Assembly (NCBI GenBank): GCA_963797095.1
Contig: CAWCNY010000005.1
Span: 96,001 to 160,000, forward strand
Direction of reading: 5' to 3'
From: an uncultured Chloroflexia bacterium
GTDB lineage: Bacteria; Chloroflexota; Chloroflexia; QHBQ01; JADMIH01
DNA: 64,000 bases
Part shown: piece after piece, positions 1 through 9,903 of the stretch
Numbering within the stretch: the stretch's first letter is position 1
How the letters are laid out: every line of letters starts with the position of its first letter
The notes under the pieces: generated by a model
What the model was told of the DNA's origin: nothing
Seen by the model: the letters and a program-made list of their open reading frames with translations, nothing else
The model's database searches: none
Translations under genes and position numbers: made by a program

Positions 1-505
1 ACGCAACTTCACGAAGGTTGGAGGGCCAGCGCTTGCGCAGGTCATCGAGGCCGATATGCTTGTCGAGGAGCTTGAGGAATGTGGGGTCGTCAAGGCCGGA
101 GGCGTATTCAAGCTCGCGGAACTGGTGCGACTCGAATCCGCTTGAGGGGGCGAGGACGTGGCGGAAGCCGTGAAACTCACGCGGGGGCATGGTGGCGAGC
201 ACATCCACCTCATCGCCCAACACCTGCATGATGCGGTTGATTCTGGTCAGGAGGTGCACGCCCTGCATGATTTCGCGGGCGCGGAGCCTGTCAAGCTCCT
301 CGGCCATATCGTAGAGCACCTGCTTGAACCATAGTTCCTGGGCCTGCTGCACTATGATGAAGAGCATTTCGTCATGGACGGGCGGCACGCCAAGGGGCGT
401 CTGTAATTTCAACAGCTCAGGAACGCGCAAATAGGAGCCGTAGCTTAGCGGCTCGTGCGCGCCGTGCATTTCGTGTTTCTCACCAATCTGCTCGCCTTTG
501 AGCAT
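1..505 (-). CDS. kynA: Tryptophan 2,3-dioxygenase family protein (5' part; runs off the window start)
   Basis: My translation of the - strand from ATG 505 gives MLKGEQ...LSYGSYLRVPELLKLQ...HDEMLFIIVQQAQELWFKQ...LATMPPREFHGFRHVLAPSSGFESHQFRELE, which are TDO motifs. GGAGGT RBS at 515-520. Confidence 0.88.
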   Translation of the reverse strand, partial: MLKGEQIGEKHEMHGAHEPLSYGSYLRVPELLKLQTPLGVPPVHDEMLFIIVQQAQELWFKQVLYDMAEELDRLRAREIMQGVHLLTRINRIMQVLGDEVDVLATMPPREFHGFRHVLAPSSGFESHQFRELEYASGLDDPTFLKLLDKHIGLDDLRKRWPSNLREVA

Positions 506-537
506 GGCGTGAATACCTCCTGATAAGTGATTCTTGA

Positions 538-566
538 CGAGTGGCGAGTGGCGAGTGGCTATTCGT
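538..566. repeat. Heptamer tandem repeat (CGAGTGG)x3 with a short inverted copy
   Basis: Read directly between mce and kynA. Confidence 0.6.
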
Positions 567-573
567 GTGCAGT

Positions 574-1008
574 TTAGGTGTTGGGTTGGGCGTTGGGCAG
601 GGATGCGGACTCTACCAGTTCTACCAGGACGCCGTTAGCGGATTTAGGGTGGATGAAGGCTACCTGAGTGCCGTGAGCACCGGGGCGTGGTTCGTGGTCT
701 ATCAATTCAACGCCCAGGGCCTCCATGCGGGCGAGCATGCCGGGCAGATCTTCCACTTCCAGGCAGATATGATGGATGCCTGGGCCGCGCTTCTCCAGGA
801 ATTTTTGGAGGGGACCTTCGTCGCCTACAGGTTCGAGGAATTCGAAGCGCGACTCACCCACCGGGGCGAAGGTGGCTCGAACTCGGTCGCCCGGCACCTC
901 ATCGGGATTGGACATGGAGAGGCCGAGACCTTCGCCGAACACCTGAAGGGCATTCTCGATCCCTTCCGTAGCTAATCCTATATGGTTGATCCTGATTACC
1001 CTGGGCAT
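574..1008 (-). CDS. mce: Methylmalonyl-CoA epimerase (VOC family)
   Basis: Motifs INHIGLA, EFLEP, KFLEKRGPGIHHICLEV, RPGAHG, FIHPKSANGVLVELVE. Confidence 0.93.
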   Translation of the reverse strand: MPRVIRINHIGLATEGIENALQVFGEGLGLSMSNPDEVPGDRVRATFAPVGESRFEFLEPVGDEGPLQKFLEKRGPGIHHICLEVEDLPGMLARMEALGVELIDHEPRPGAHGTQVAFIHPKSANGVLVELVESASLPNAQPNT

Positions 1009-1154
1009 TTTGCCGTCCCGATTAGGTGTCACCGCATCTCACTATATCAAAGTGGGATCGGCTAGTCAATTCGTGTACAATACGGTAGCCGACGGGTGCG
1101 CCGTTCTTGCGGCGCGGAAGTTGAGGGCATTTTGGGATAGGAGGGTGAGTTAAG

Positions 1155-2738
1155 ATGACAGTTATTGAGACCGAAATCTCGGAAGTAACTGTGTACGTGG
1201 ACCGCGCGCGGGTAGTGCGCAAGGGCAAGGCACATCTTACCGCAGGCGAGCAGACGATCACGCTGGACCGCCTGCCCACCAGCTTGCTCGACGATTCGGT
1301 GAGGGCGGCGGGGCGAGGGGCCAACGGGCGCATACTGGGAGTGGAGGTTGCGCGCGATTATTACACAGAGACCCCTGAGGAAGACCAGGCCGCGCTCCAG
1401 AAGGATTTGCAGAAGTTGCAGGACCAGGACGCGGCGCTGGCGGACGATGACAACGCTGCGGCCGCGCGCCTCGATTTCCTGAAGAACCTCGCGAACAGCA
1501 GCACCAACATTCTACCGAGGGGGATCGCATACGGGAAGGCCGACCTGGATAGCGTTGTGTCTTTCTCCAAGTACATAACGGATGAGACCGAGTTGGCCCA
1601 GGCGAAACGCAGAGAAATCGCGCAGAAGAGGCGTGATCTTGCTCGCGAGATAGAGGTGGTGCAGAGCAAGCTCCAACCGAGGTACGACTCGATACAGCGG
1701 ATAAGGATCAATGTGGTCGTGGAGGCGAGCGCCGAGACGGACCTTGAGTTGGAAGTGACCTATAGCGTGAATGGCGCATCGTGGTCGCCTTTATATGACG
1801 TGCGTCTGATCGAGGAGAAGGTGTCGGTGGGGTACCTGGCGAACGTGCAGCAGACAACGGGCGAAGACTGGCCTGCGGTGCAACTCGCGCTGTCGACGGC
1901 GCGGCCTGCGGTGAGCACGACTATTCCGGAACTTGACCCCTGGTACCTTGACGTTTACACGCCGCCCATGCCGGTGAGAGCACGCGCAATGGCGGCCCCG
2001 GCCGGAGGCGCCATGGACATGGCGGCCCCAGCCCCCATGCAGGCACCCACCACCAAGCTGGCGGCGACCGAAGCGCCACCGCCCCCAGCAGAGATAGCGA
2101 CGGCCACGATTGAAGCTACGGGCACAGCGGTCACTTTCAGAGTGACGCGCCCGGTGGCTATTCCTTCGGACGGGTCGCCGCATAAGACCGTGATCACCAA
2201 CCTGGACCTGGATGCAAAGCTGGACTATGTGACGGTGCCGAAGGTGGCGGAGGAAGCCTACCTCAGAGCCAAGATCACCAATAGCAGCGCCTCGATCCTG
2301 CTGCCCGGTCCGGCAAACATTTTCCACGGAGACGAGTTTGTGGGCACCACACAGCTTGAGATAGTGGTGCCAAACGAGGAATTCGAAGTGCAACTGGGGG
2401 TGGACGATAGGATCAAAGTGGAGCGCAAGCTCACCGAGCGTAGCACGGGTAAGACCTTTATCGGGAATACCCGCAAGTCGCTGTTCGGATACACGATAAG
2501 CATCACCAACAACCTATCGTGGCAGGCTCATGTAACCGTCGAAGACCAGTTCCCGGTGTCGCGGCACGAGCAGATCAAATCGACGCTGCAAGCTGTCAGC
2601 CCGCAGCCGAGCGAGCAGGCGGATATGAACATGCTCAAGTGGGAGTTTGATATTGATCCAGGCAAGAAGCAGGATATCAGTTTCTCGTTCCAGGTGGAGC
2701 AGCCGCGAGATATGCAGATCACTGGCATCGCCACGTGA
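1155..2738 (+). CDS. MuiA / DUF4140-DUF4139 family protein
   Basis: N-terminal VTVYVDRARVVR, coiled coil, ASWSPLYDVR, QQTTGEDW, C-terminal beta domain. Confidence 0.88.
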   Translation: MTVIETEISEVTVYVDRARVVRKGKAHLTAGEQTITLDRLPTSLLDDSVRAAGRGANGRILGVEVARDYYTETPEEDQAALQKDLQKLQDQDAALADDDNAAAARLDFLKNLANSSTNILPRGIAYGKADLDSVVSFSKYITDETELAQAKRREIAQKRRDLAREIEVVQSKLQPRYDSIQRIRINVVVEASAETDLELEVTYSVNGASWSPLYDVRLIEEKVSVGYLANVQQTTGEDWPAVQLALSTARPAVSTTIPELDPWYLDVYTPPMPVRARAMAAPAGGAMDMAAPAPMQAPTTKLAATEAPPPPAEIATATIEATGTAVTFRVTRPVAIPSDGSPHKTVITNLDLDAKLDYVTVPKVAEEAYLRAKITNSSASILLPGPANIFHGDEFVGTTQLEIVVPNEEFEVQLGVDDRIKVERKLTERSTGKTFIGNTRKSLFGYTISITNNLSWQAHVTVEDQFPVSRHEQIKSTLQAVSPQPSEQADMNMLKWEFDIDPGKKQDISFSFQVEQPRDMQITGIAT

Positions 2739-2811
2739 GGGCCACGCTTGACAAAGACCAGGCCCTGTGATACCTATTTTATGCATTACTAACCCACAAA
2801 GGAGATCAAGG

Positions 2812-3111
2812 ATGATCAAGCTTGTCGCTCTGTTCCAGCGCCCCGACGACGTGGAAGCATTTGACGCTCACTATGAAGGCACCCATGCGCCGCTGATGCG
2901 GGCGGTTCCGGGCCTGGAGCGCATGGAAGTGACGCGCAACCTGAGGGCGTTCAGGGGCGAGCCGGATTATTACCTGATCGCCGAGATGTACTTCAATGAC
3001 CTGGAAGCATTTGACGCCGCTATGGCTTCGGATGAAAACCGCGCGGCCGGCAAGGACCTGATGTCCTTCGCGCGAGAGTACGTCACCATGGTTTATGGCG
3101 AAGTCGACTAG
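2812..3111 (+). CDS. EthD family protein
   Basis: MIKLVALF..D.EAFDAHYEGTHAPL...PGL; AGGAG RBS; EthD genes commonly occur in paa clusters. Confidence 0.9.
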   Translation: MIKLVALFQRPDDVEAFDAHYEGTHAPLMRAVPGLERMEVTRNLRAFRGEPDYYLIAEMYFNDLEAFDAAMASDENRAAGKDLMSFAREYVTMVYGEVD

Positions 3112-3145
3112 AGCCAGAGCCAGGACCTGAGGATCGGAATTTATT

Positions 3146-4072
3146 ATGCAATACCCTGATTATCCGCGCGCGCTCCCACCTGAGGAGTTAAACTTCAGCA
3201 ACATTATTTATGAAAAGGCAGAAGGGGTGGCGAGGGTTACGATCAACCGCCCGGAACGCCTCAACGCCACGGACTTCCATACCCTCAAAGAGATGAGCCG
3301 GGCCTTCGAGGACGCGTCATACGACGACACTATAGGGGTGCTTGTGCTTACGGGGACGGGCGATAGAGCGTTCTGTACGGGCGCGGACCTTATGGAGCAG
3401 GAACAGTTCTTGTCGCGCCGGGCCGACTACTGGAAGTGGATGGGTGCGTTCATCGAGGCGCACGACAGGCTGAGGCAGATCGGTAAACCGACCATTGCGA
3501 GGCTGAACGGCATGGTGGTTGGAGGGGGCAACGAGTTCAACATGTCGTGCGACCTTGCAATCGCCGCCGACCATGTGACGATCAGGCAAGTAGGCACGGC
3601 GCGGGGATCGGTGCCGGCGGGCGGGGCTACCCAGTGGCTCCCAATCATCATAGGCGACAGGCGCGCACGCGAGATGCTGTGGCTGTCGGAGCCGATCAGC
3701 GCGGAGAAGGCGCTTGTGTGGGGCCTGGTCAATTATGTGGTGCCAGGTGACAAGCTCGATGAGAAAGTGGCAGAACTGGCGCAGAAGCTGATCAATAAGC
3801 TGCCTGAGATCATCCGGTATACGAAGCTTCAAACGAACTTCTGGCGCGATTTCGCCTGGTCGATGACCGTGCAGCATGCCCGCGATTGGCTTTCGATCCA
3901 TGCCGACGCCGCCGAGACTTCGGAGGGGTTGGAAGCCTTCTATGAGAAACGCCCGGTGAATTACGCAATGCTTCGGAACCGCATTATCGAGGGCGGCAAG
4001 CAGTGCGCGAACTGCGGCGCGACCATGGAGCCTGGGTACAAGTTCTGCGGAAATTGCGGGACGCAGTTGTAG
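3146..4072 (+). CDS. Crotonase-family (Oah/BadI/MenB-like) acyl-CoA hydrolase with C-terminal zinc ribbon
   Basis: AFCTGAD, GMVVGGGNE, GSVPAGGATQWLP; C-terminal CANC-x10-CGNC. Confidence 0.8.
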   Translation: MQYPDYPRALPPEELNFSNIIYEKAEGVARVTINRPERLNATDFHTLKEMSRAFEDASYDDTIGVLVLTGTGDRAFCTGADLMEQEQFLSRRADYWKWMGAFIEAHDRLRQIGKPTIARLNGMVVGGGNEFNMSCDLAIAADHVTIRQVGTARGSVPAGGATQWLPIIIGDRRAREMLWLSEPISAEKALVWGLVNYVVPGDKLDEKVAELAQKLINKLPEIIRYTKLQTNFWRDFAWSMTVQHARDWLSIHADAAETSEGLEAFYEKRPVNYAMLRNRIIEGGKQCANCGATMEPGYKFCGNCGTQL

Positions 4073-4089
4073 TTCACATGAGGAGGTAC

Positions 4090-4872
4090 ATGGACACTCC
4101 TGAATACACGTTTATCAAGCTGCACCTGGAATCTCCTATCGCCACCATCCAGCTTAACCGCCCGGAGGCGCTAAATGCGCTCAACCTCAAGCTGATGGAT
4201 GAGGTGATCGCGGCCCTGGATCGCCTGGAAGCGGACGACGAGATCAGGTGCGTGATCATCACGGGCAACGAGAGGGCATTCGCGGCTGGGGCCGACATCA
4301 AGGAGATGGCGGGCGCTGGAGCCATCGAAATGCACCAGCGCGACCAGTTCGCGAGATGGGATCGCATCCGCCGGTTCAATAAGCCCTTGATCGGAGCGGT
4401 GAGCGGTTTCGCGTTGGGCGGCGGAAACGAGCTTGCGATGCTGTGCGACATGATCGTAGCCTCCGAGACGGCGCAGTTCGGACAGCCTGAGATCAATATC
4501 GGAGTGATGCCGGGGGCGGGCGGCACGCAGAGGCTAACGCGCGCCGTTGGCAAGGCAATCGCAATGGAAGTGGTGCTTGCCGGGCGTTTTCTCACAGCAA
4601 GAGAGGCTTTGCAGCATGGGCTGGTGAACCGCGTTGTACCTGTTGAAGTGTATTTGCAGGAAGCGAAGCGGCTCGCAAGTACGGTGGCCGAGAAAGCCCC
4701 AATCGCGCTCCAACTGGCGAAGGAAGCAGTGCTCAAGGCTTATGATGCTTCTTTGCAGGAGGGGCTTGTGTTCGAGCGCAAGAATTTCTACATGCTGTTC
4801 GCCACCGAAGACCAGAAAGAAGGCATGGCGGCTTTCGTGGAGAAGCGCAAGGCCGATTTCAAGGGGAAGTAG
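4090..4872 (+). CDS. paaF: Enoyl-CoA hydratase (2,3-dehydroadipyl-CoA hydratase-like)
   Basis: FAAGADIKEM, GGGNELAMLCD, FGQPEINIGVMPGAGGTQRL; AGGAGG RBS before ATG 4090. Confidence 0.85.
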   Translation: MDTPEYTFIKLHLESPIATIQLNRPEALNALNLKLMDEVIAALDRLEADDEIRCVIITGNERAFAAGADIKEMAGAGAIEMHQRDQFARWDRIRRFNKPLIGAVSGFALGGGNELAMLCDMIVASETAQFGQPEINIGVMPGAGGTQRLTRAVGKAIAMEVVLAGRFLTAREALQHGLVNRVVPVEVYLQEAKRLASTVAEKAPIALQLAKEAVLKAYDASLQEGLVFERKNFYMLFATEDQKEGMAAFVEKRKADFKGK

Positions 4873-5655
4873 ATGGATTACGAAACTATTCTGTACTCAG
4901 TAGGGGACGGCGCGCTGACGATCACGCTAAACCGGCCCGATGTGTTGAACGCGTTCAACAGCAAGATGGGCTCGGAACTGTTGGACGCGCTGAAGCAAGC
5001 CCAGCGAGATCCATCGGTGCGGGCAATCGTGCTGACGGGAGCGGGAAGGGCATTTTCGTCGGGCGAGGACTTGAAGGCACGGCAAGCAGAAGGGATCACC
5101 GAGTTCGGCTCGACCCTGCGCAACCGCTACAACCCGATCGTATTGAAGCTGCGCACTATTGAGAAGCCGGTGCTGGCCTCGGTGAACGGTGTAGCGGCAG
5201 GAGCGGGGTGTTCGCTTGCCCTGGCATGCGACTTGCGGATCGCATCGGAGAAGGCCAGTTTCCTGGAAGCGTTCGTGAGAGTGGGGTTGGTGCTGGATTC
5301 GGGCGCAACGTTCTTCCTGCCGAGGCTGGTTGGACTGGGCAAGGCCGCCGAAATGGCTTTCCTGGGCGATAGCGTGGGCGCACAAGACGCTTTGAAATTG
5401 GGCCTGGTGAACCGCCTGGTGCCGCACGAAGAATTGGAGCAGGCCACAAAGGAGATGGCGGCGCGGCTGGCGAAAAGCCCCACCAGGGCCATTGGTTTGA
5501 TGAAACGGGCGATGAATCGCGCTCTCACGATGGAACTGGAAGATGTATTGGAATATGAGGTGCACGCACAGGAGACGGCAGGAGGGACAGCAGACCACAA
5601 AGAGGGGATGGCAGCCTTCCTCGAAAAGCGCCAGGCTAACTTCACTGGCAAATAG
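4873..5655 (+). CDS. paaG: Enoyl-CoA isomerase, PaaG-like
   Basis: RYNPIV, NGVAAGAGCSLALACD, FVRVGLVLDSGA (PaaG-type Asp). Confidence 0.82.
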   Translation: MDYETILYSVGDGALTITLNRPDVLNAFNSKMGSELLDALKQAQRDPSVRAIVLTGAGRAFSSGEDLKARQAEGITEFGSTLRNRYNPIVLKLRTIEKPVLASVNGVAAGAGCSLALACDLRIASEKASFLEAFVRVGLVLDSGATFFLPRLVGLGKAAEMAFLGDSVGAQDALKLGLVNRLVPHEELEQATKEMAARLAKSPTRAIGLMKRAMNRALTMELEDVLEYEVHAQETAGGTADHKEGMAAFLEKRQANFTGK

Positions 5656-5700
5656 CCGAAGAACCTCCGCATCCTCTGCGGTGCAGAAGGAGGATGAACA

Positions 5701-6999
5701 ATGAAGCAGAACATCGCAGTTCTCGGAGCGGGCACAATGGGCGCCGGCATCGCCCAACTTGCCGCACAGTCCGGCTATTCGGTGCTCATGTACGACATCC
5801 AGGACGCTTTCATCGAGCGCGGCATGGGGAACATACGTGCCGTGCTGCAATCGCGCGTTGACAGGGGCAAGATGCCGCAGTACGAGATGGACGCCACCGT
5901 GTCGCGCATCAGGACTACCAGCAACCGCGACGAAGCCGCCGGCTACGACCTGATTATAGAGGCTGCCCCGGAAGACCTCGCGCTAAAGCGGGAGATTTTT
6001 GCATCATTGAGCGCGCAGGCCGGCTCGGATACAATACTGGCAACCAACACCTCCTCGCTTTCGATTACCTCTCTTGCGTCGGCGGCGCGACACCCGGAGC
6101 TGGTGGTAGGGATGCACTTCTTCAACCCCGCGCCCGTTATGCCCCTGGTGGAAGTGATCGCCTCTCCACAAACCTCGCCCGAAGTGGTCGAAAGTGTGCG
6201 CGGGATAGCACAAAGCATGGGCAAGACGCCAGTGCGCTCGGCGGATATGCCGGGCTTCATCGTGAACCGGGTGGCACGCCCATTTTATAGCGAAGCGCTC
6301 AAGATCCTGGGCGAGGGTACAGCTTCGGTTACCCAGATTGACGAGGCGATGCGCCTGGCGGGCTTCCGCATGGGGCCGTTCGAGTTGATGGACCTGATCG
6401 GGGTCGATATCAATTTCGCGGTCACACAGTCGGTATACAATGCGTTCTTCGGAGAGCCGCGCTTCAGGCCGCACCCGATCCAGCAGCGCATGGTGGAGGC
6501 CAACACCCTCGGTCGCAAGACAGGCAAGGGCTTCTATGAGTACACAAACGGCGAGAAGGGCGATCACGCAGGGCGGCAGACGATTAACCTGCCCGACAAG
6601 CGCGCTGTGACCTTCATACCGGAACATATGACGGCGGCATTCCTCGCCAACGCCGAGCTAGAACTACCCGAGGGCGATACGCGCTCAGGTGAGATCATCA
6701 CGCGCATACTGGTCATGATCATCAACGAAGCTGCCTGCGCGGCGGGCGAAGGCCTGGCCTCGGTGCGCGACATCGACATAGCTATGCGGCTGGGGACCAA
6801 TTACCCCAAGGGACCGCTCAAGTGGGGTGACGAGATCGGCCTTGATATGGTGCAGGGGATACTCAAGAGTCTTACATCGTCATTGGCCGACCCCCGCTAC
6901 CGGCCTGCGCCGCTGCTGTGGCAGATGGTGCGCTCAGGCGCGACAGGCGACGCGGTGGGCGAGGGGTTTCATTCGCCCGGTGAAAAGGGCATGGTCTGA
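5701..6999 (+). CDS. paaH: 3-hydroxyacyl-CoA dehydrogenase (PaaH-like, duplicated C-terminal domain)
   Basis: GAGTMGAGIA, ATNTSSLSI, GMHFFNPAP, GFIVNRVARP, MGPFEL. Confidence 0.88.
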   Translation: MKQNIAVLGAGTMGAGIAQLAAQSGYSVLMYDIQDAFIERGMGNIRAVLQSRVDRGKMPQYEMDATVSRIRTTSNRDEAAGYDLIIEAAPEDLALKREIFASLSAQAGSDTILATNTSSLSITSLASAARHPELVVGMHFFNPAPVMPLVEVIASPQTSPEVVESVRGIAQSMGKTPVRSADMPGFIVNRVARPFYSEALKILGEGTASVTQIDEAMRLAGFRMGPFELMDLIGVDINFAVTQSVYNAFFGEPRFRPHPIQQRMVEANTLGRKTGKGFYEYTNGEKGDHAGRQTINLPDKRAVTFIPEHMTAAFLANAELELPEGDTRSGEIITRILVMIINEAACAAGEGLASVRDIDIAMRLGTNYPKGPLKWGDEIGLDMVQGILKSLTSSLADPRYRPAPLLWQMVRSGATGDAVGEGFHSPGEKGMV

Positions 7000-7088
7000 G
7001 ACGCTTCAGCGATCCAATGCGTTACCTACAGAAAATGGTATAATTGAGACTGACCCATTTTCTGCAACGAAGCACGAAAGGAACCGAT

Positions 7089-8291
7089 TTGTCTCAGGAA
7101 GCCTTTATTATTGATGCCGTGCGCACTCCGGTTGGGCGGTACGCAGGCGCACTTAAGGACGTTCGCCCCGACGACCTGGCCGCGCTGGTTATACGCTCCA
7201 TAGTAGAACGGACCGGGGTCGACCCGCGTCGAATCGAGGACGTGATCCTGGGGTGCGCGAACCAGGCAGGCGAGGACAACCGCAATGTGGCCCGCATGGC
7301 GGTGCTGCTGGCGGGGCTGCCAATCGAAGTGGCGGGATGCACGGTGAACCGCTTATGTGGCTCAGGCCTCCAGGCCGTGAACGACGCCGCGCGCGCCATC
7401 AAGGCCGGAGAAGGCGATGTGTTCATCGCGGGGGGCACCGAGAGCATGACCCGCGCTCCGTTTGTGATGGCAAAGCCCGCCGACGGATATCCGCGCGGCG
7501 ACCTCAAGATGTACGATACCACTATCGGGTGGAGGTTCACCAATCCAAAGCTGGCCGAGATGTACTACCCGTTCAGCATGGGCGAGACGGCGGAGAATGT
7601 GGCGGAACAGTGGCATATCTCGCGTGAGGACCAGGATGCCTTCGCAGCGGAGTCGCAGCGCAGGGCCGCCGCCGCCATTGAGTCGGGCCGCTTCCGCGAC
7701 GAGATTGTGCCGGTCACCATCCCGCAGCGTAAAGGGGATCCGGTGGTAGTCGATACCGACGAGCACTCGCGCCCGGACACCACGCCTGACAGGCTGGCAA
7801 GGCTCAAACCGGCCTTCAGAGAGGGCGGAGCGGTGACGGCGGGCAACGCATCGGGGATCAATGACGGGGCTTCGGCTGTGCTGCTCACGAGCAAGCAGGC
7901 TGGCGATGAGATGGGCCTTAAGCCGATGGCGCGCGTTATAGCGTCAGCGGTGGCGGGCGTGGACCCGTCCTGCATGGGGGTTGGCCCGGTTCCGGCAACA
8001 CGCAAAGCGCTTGAGCGGGCGGGCCTTACGATAGATGATCTCGATTTGATCGAGTTGAACGAGGCGTTCGCGTCGCAGTCGCTGGCCTGTATCCGCGACT
8101 TGCATCTGGACACAGCTACAGTGAACGTGAACGGCGGAGCGATCGCGCTGGGGCACGCCCTGGGCAATTCCGGCTCTCGCCTTTTGACCACCCTGGTACA
8201 CGAATTGAAGCGACGTGGCGGCCGCTACGGCCTCGCCACAATGTGCATCGGCGTGGGCCAGGGCATTGCTACGATAATCGAAATGGTCTAG
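7089..8291 (+). CDS. paaJ: Thiolase, 3-oxoadipyl-CoA thiolase (PaaJ/PcaF)
   Basis: [41 protein letters not shown]; TTG start after AAAGGA. Confidence 0.88.
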   Translation: MSQEAFIIDAVRTPVGRYAGALKDVRPDDLAALVIRSIVERTGVDPRRIEDVILGCANQAGEDNRNVARMAVLLAGLPIEVAGCTVNRLCGSGLQAVNDAARAIKAGEGDVFIAGGTESMTRAPFVMAKPADGYPRGDLKMYDTTIGWRFTNPKLAEMYYPFSMGETAENVAEQWHISREDQDAFAAESQRRAAAAIESGRFRDEIVPVTIPQRKGDPVVVDTDEHSRPDTTPDRLARLKPAFREGGAVTAGNASGINDGASAVLLTSKQAGDEMGLKPMARVIASAVAGVDPSCMGVGPVPATRKALERAGLTIDDLDLIELNEAFASQSLACIRDLHLDTATVNVNGGAIALGHALGNSGSRLLTTLVHELKRRGGRYGLATMCIGVGQGIATIIEMV

Positions 8292-8319
8292 TCTTTACTC
8301 AAAGAGGAGTACGTTATTA

Positions 8320-9828
8320 ATGTCCGATACCGCAGTTCAACCCACATCATATTCTACGCGCACCGAATGGCAGTTGTTTGTCAATGGCGCGTACACACCG
8401 GCACAGTCGGGCGAATCGTTCGACGTAATCAACCCCGCCACCAACGAGCATCTAGCCGCGATCTCCAAAGCAGGGCGCGCTGATGTGGACTCAGCGGTGC
8501 AGGCCGCGCGGGCTGCATTCGATGGGGGCAAATGGATTCGTATGGGTGCGGCGCGGCGTGCCTCCATCTTGTTGAGAGCAGCGTCGATTATGCGCTCGCG
8601 CTTTGAAGACATCGCCCGGTTGGAAGCGCTCAACACGGGCAAGGCGATCTCGCAGTGCAAGGGAGAGTTGACGCAAGGCATCGACGATTTTGAGTTCTTC
8701 GCAGGTGCCGCCACCAAGATCATGGGTGAGACGATCCCGGTGCCAAGCAGTTTCCTCAACTACACGGTGCGCGAACCTGTGGGGGTGTGCGCCCAGATCG
8801 TGCCCTGGAACTACCCTGTGATGATGGCCTCCTGGAAGCTGGCCCCTGCCCTGGCCGCAGGCTGCGCGGTAATCCTGAAGCCTGCAAGCGCGACCCCGCT
8901 CACCGCCCTGGTATTGGCCGAGATATTGACAGAGGCCGGAGTACCGGCGGGTATCGTGAATGTGCTGCCAGGCCCCGGTAGCGAGGTCGGCGCTTACCTT
9001 GCCGAGCACCCAGGCGTGGATAAGATTGCTTTCACCGGCGAGACCGAGACCGGGCGCCAGATTATGCGAGCGGCGGCAAGCAACCTGAAGAGGATATCTC
9101 TAGAACTGGGTGGCAAGTCGCCTAACATCGTTTTCGATGATGCCGACATAGATCACGCCATAAACGGGTCTTTGTTCGCCATCTTTTACAGCGCGGGGCA
9201 ATCGTGCGAAGCTCGTTCGCGTCTTTTCGTGCAGGAGTCGGTGTACGACCGCTTCATTGAGGGGTTTGTCGCCAAAACAGAAAAGCTCAAAGTGGGCGAC
9301 CCGCTAGACCCATCCACGCATATGGGTTCGCTGATATCGGCCAGCCATCGCGACCGGGTGCACAGCTATGTCGAGCTTGGGAAGTCGGAGGGCGCAGAGG
9401 TACTGACCGGAGGCAAAACTCCCGGGAACGGGCTGGAGAAAGGCAACTTCTATTTGCCCACAGTACTGGCAGGCATAGACAATAAGGCGCGAGTCGCTCA
9501 AGAGGAGATATTTGGCCCCGTAGTCACGATCATGCCCTTCAAGACGGAGGCGGATGCGATCCAGATGGCTAACGACGTGGTGTACGGACTTGCGGGCACG
9601 ATCTGGACGAACAACCTGGGCCGCGCCCACCGCGTGGCCGGGGCAATCAAATCGGGTGTGGTCACGGTGAACACGCCTTTCACAGCATTTCCCGGCCTAC
9701 CCTTCGGTGGTTACAAGCAATCGGGCTTCGGTCGCGAGTTGAGTATGGACGCCATCGAGCTTTACACAGAGCTTAAGAGCGTGCTTATGTATATAGGCGA
9801 AAGGGCGATGAACCCGTTCGGGGTGTAA
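8320..9828 (+). CDS. Aldehyde dehydrogenase (probable semialdehyde-CoA dehydrogenase of the paa pathway)
   Basis: PWNYP, FTGET, LELGGKSP, GQSC, EEIFGPV, PFGGYKQSG. Confidence 0.92.
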   Translation: MSDTAVQPTSYSTRTEWQLFVNGAYTPAQSGESFDVINPATNEHLAAISKAGRADVDSAVQAARAAFDGGKWIRMGAARRASILLRAASIMRSRFEDIARLEALNTGKAISQCKGELTQGIDDFEFFAGAATKIMGETIPVPSSFLNYTVREPVGVCAQIVPWNYPVMMASWKLAPALAAGCAVILKPASATPLTALVLAEILTEAGVPAGIVNVLPGPGSEVGAYLAEHPGVDKIAFTGETETGRQIMRAAASNLKRISLELGGKSPNIVFDDADIDHAINGSLFAIFYSAGQSCEARSRLFVQESVYDRFIEGFVAKTEKLKVGDPLDPSTHMGSLISASHRDRVHSYVELGKSEGAEVLTGGKTPGNGLEKGNFYLPTVLAGIDNKARVAQEEIFGPVVTIMPFKTEADAIQMANDVVYGLAGTIWTNNLGRAHRVAGAIKSGVVTVNTPFTAFPGLPFGGYKQSGFGRELSMDAIELYTELKSVLMYIGERAMNPFGV

Positions 9829-9903
9829 AGTTCCAAGTGCCTAGTTTCTAGTTCCTGGTTATAGAAAATAGGTTGTTACGAACAAATAACTTGGAACCAG
9901 CAA
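9829..9903. repeat. Degenerate heptamer repeats (AGTTCCA-like) with inverted AACTTGG-like copies
   Basis: agttcca agtgcct agtttct agttcct ... aacttgg aaccagc. Confidence 0.55.

Noticed and set aside
2748-2790. Promoter or PaaX/PaaR operator for the paa operon
   Set aside because: TTGACA is present, but there is no convincing -10 at the proper spacing and no recognisable operator palindrome
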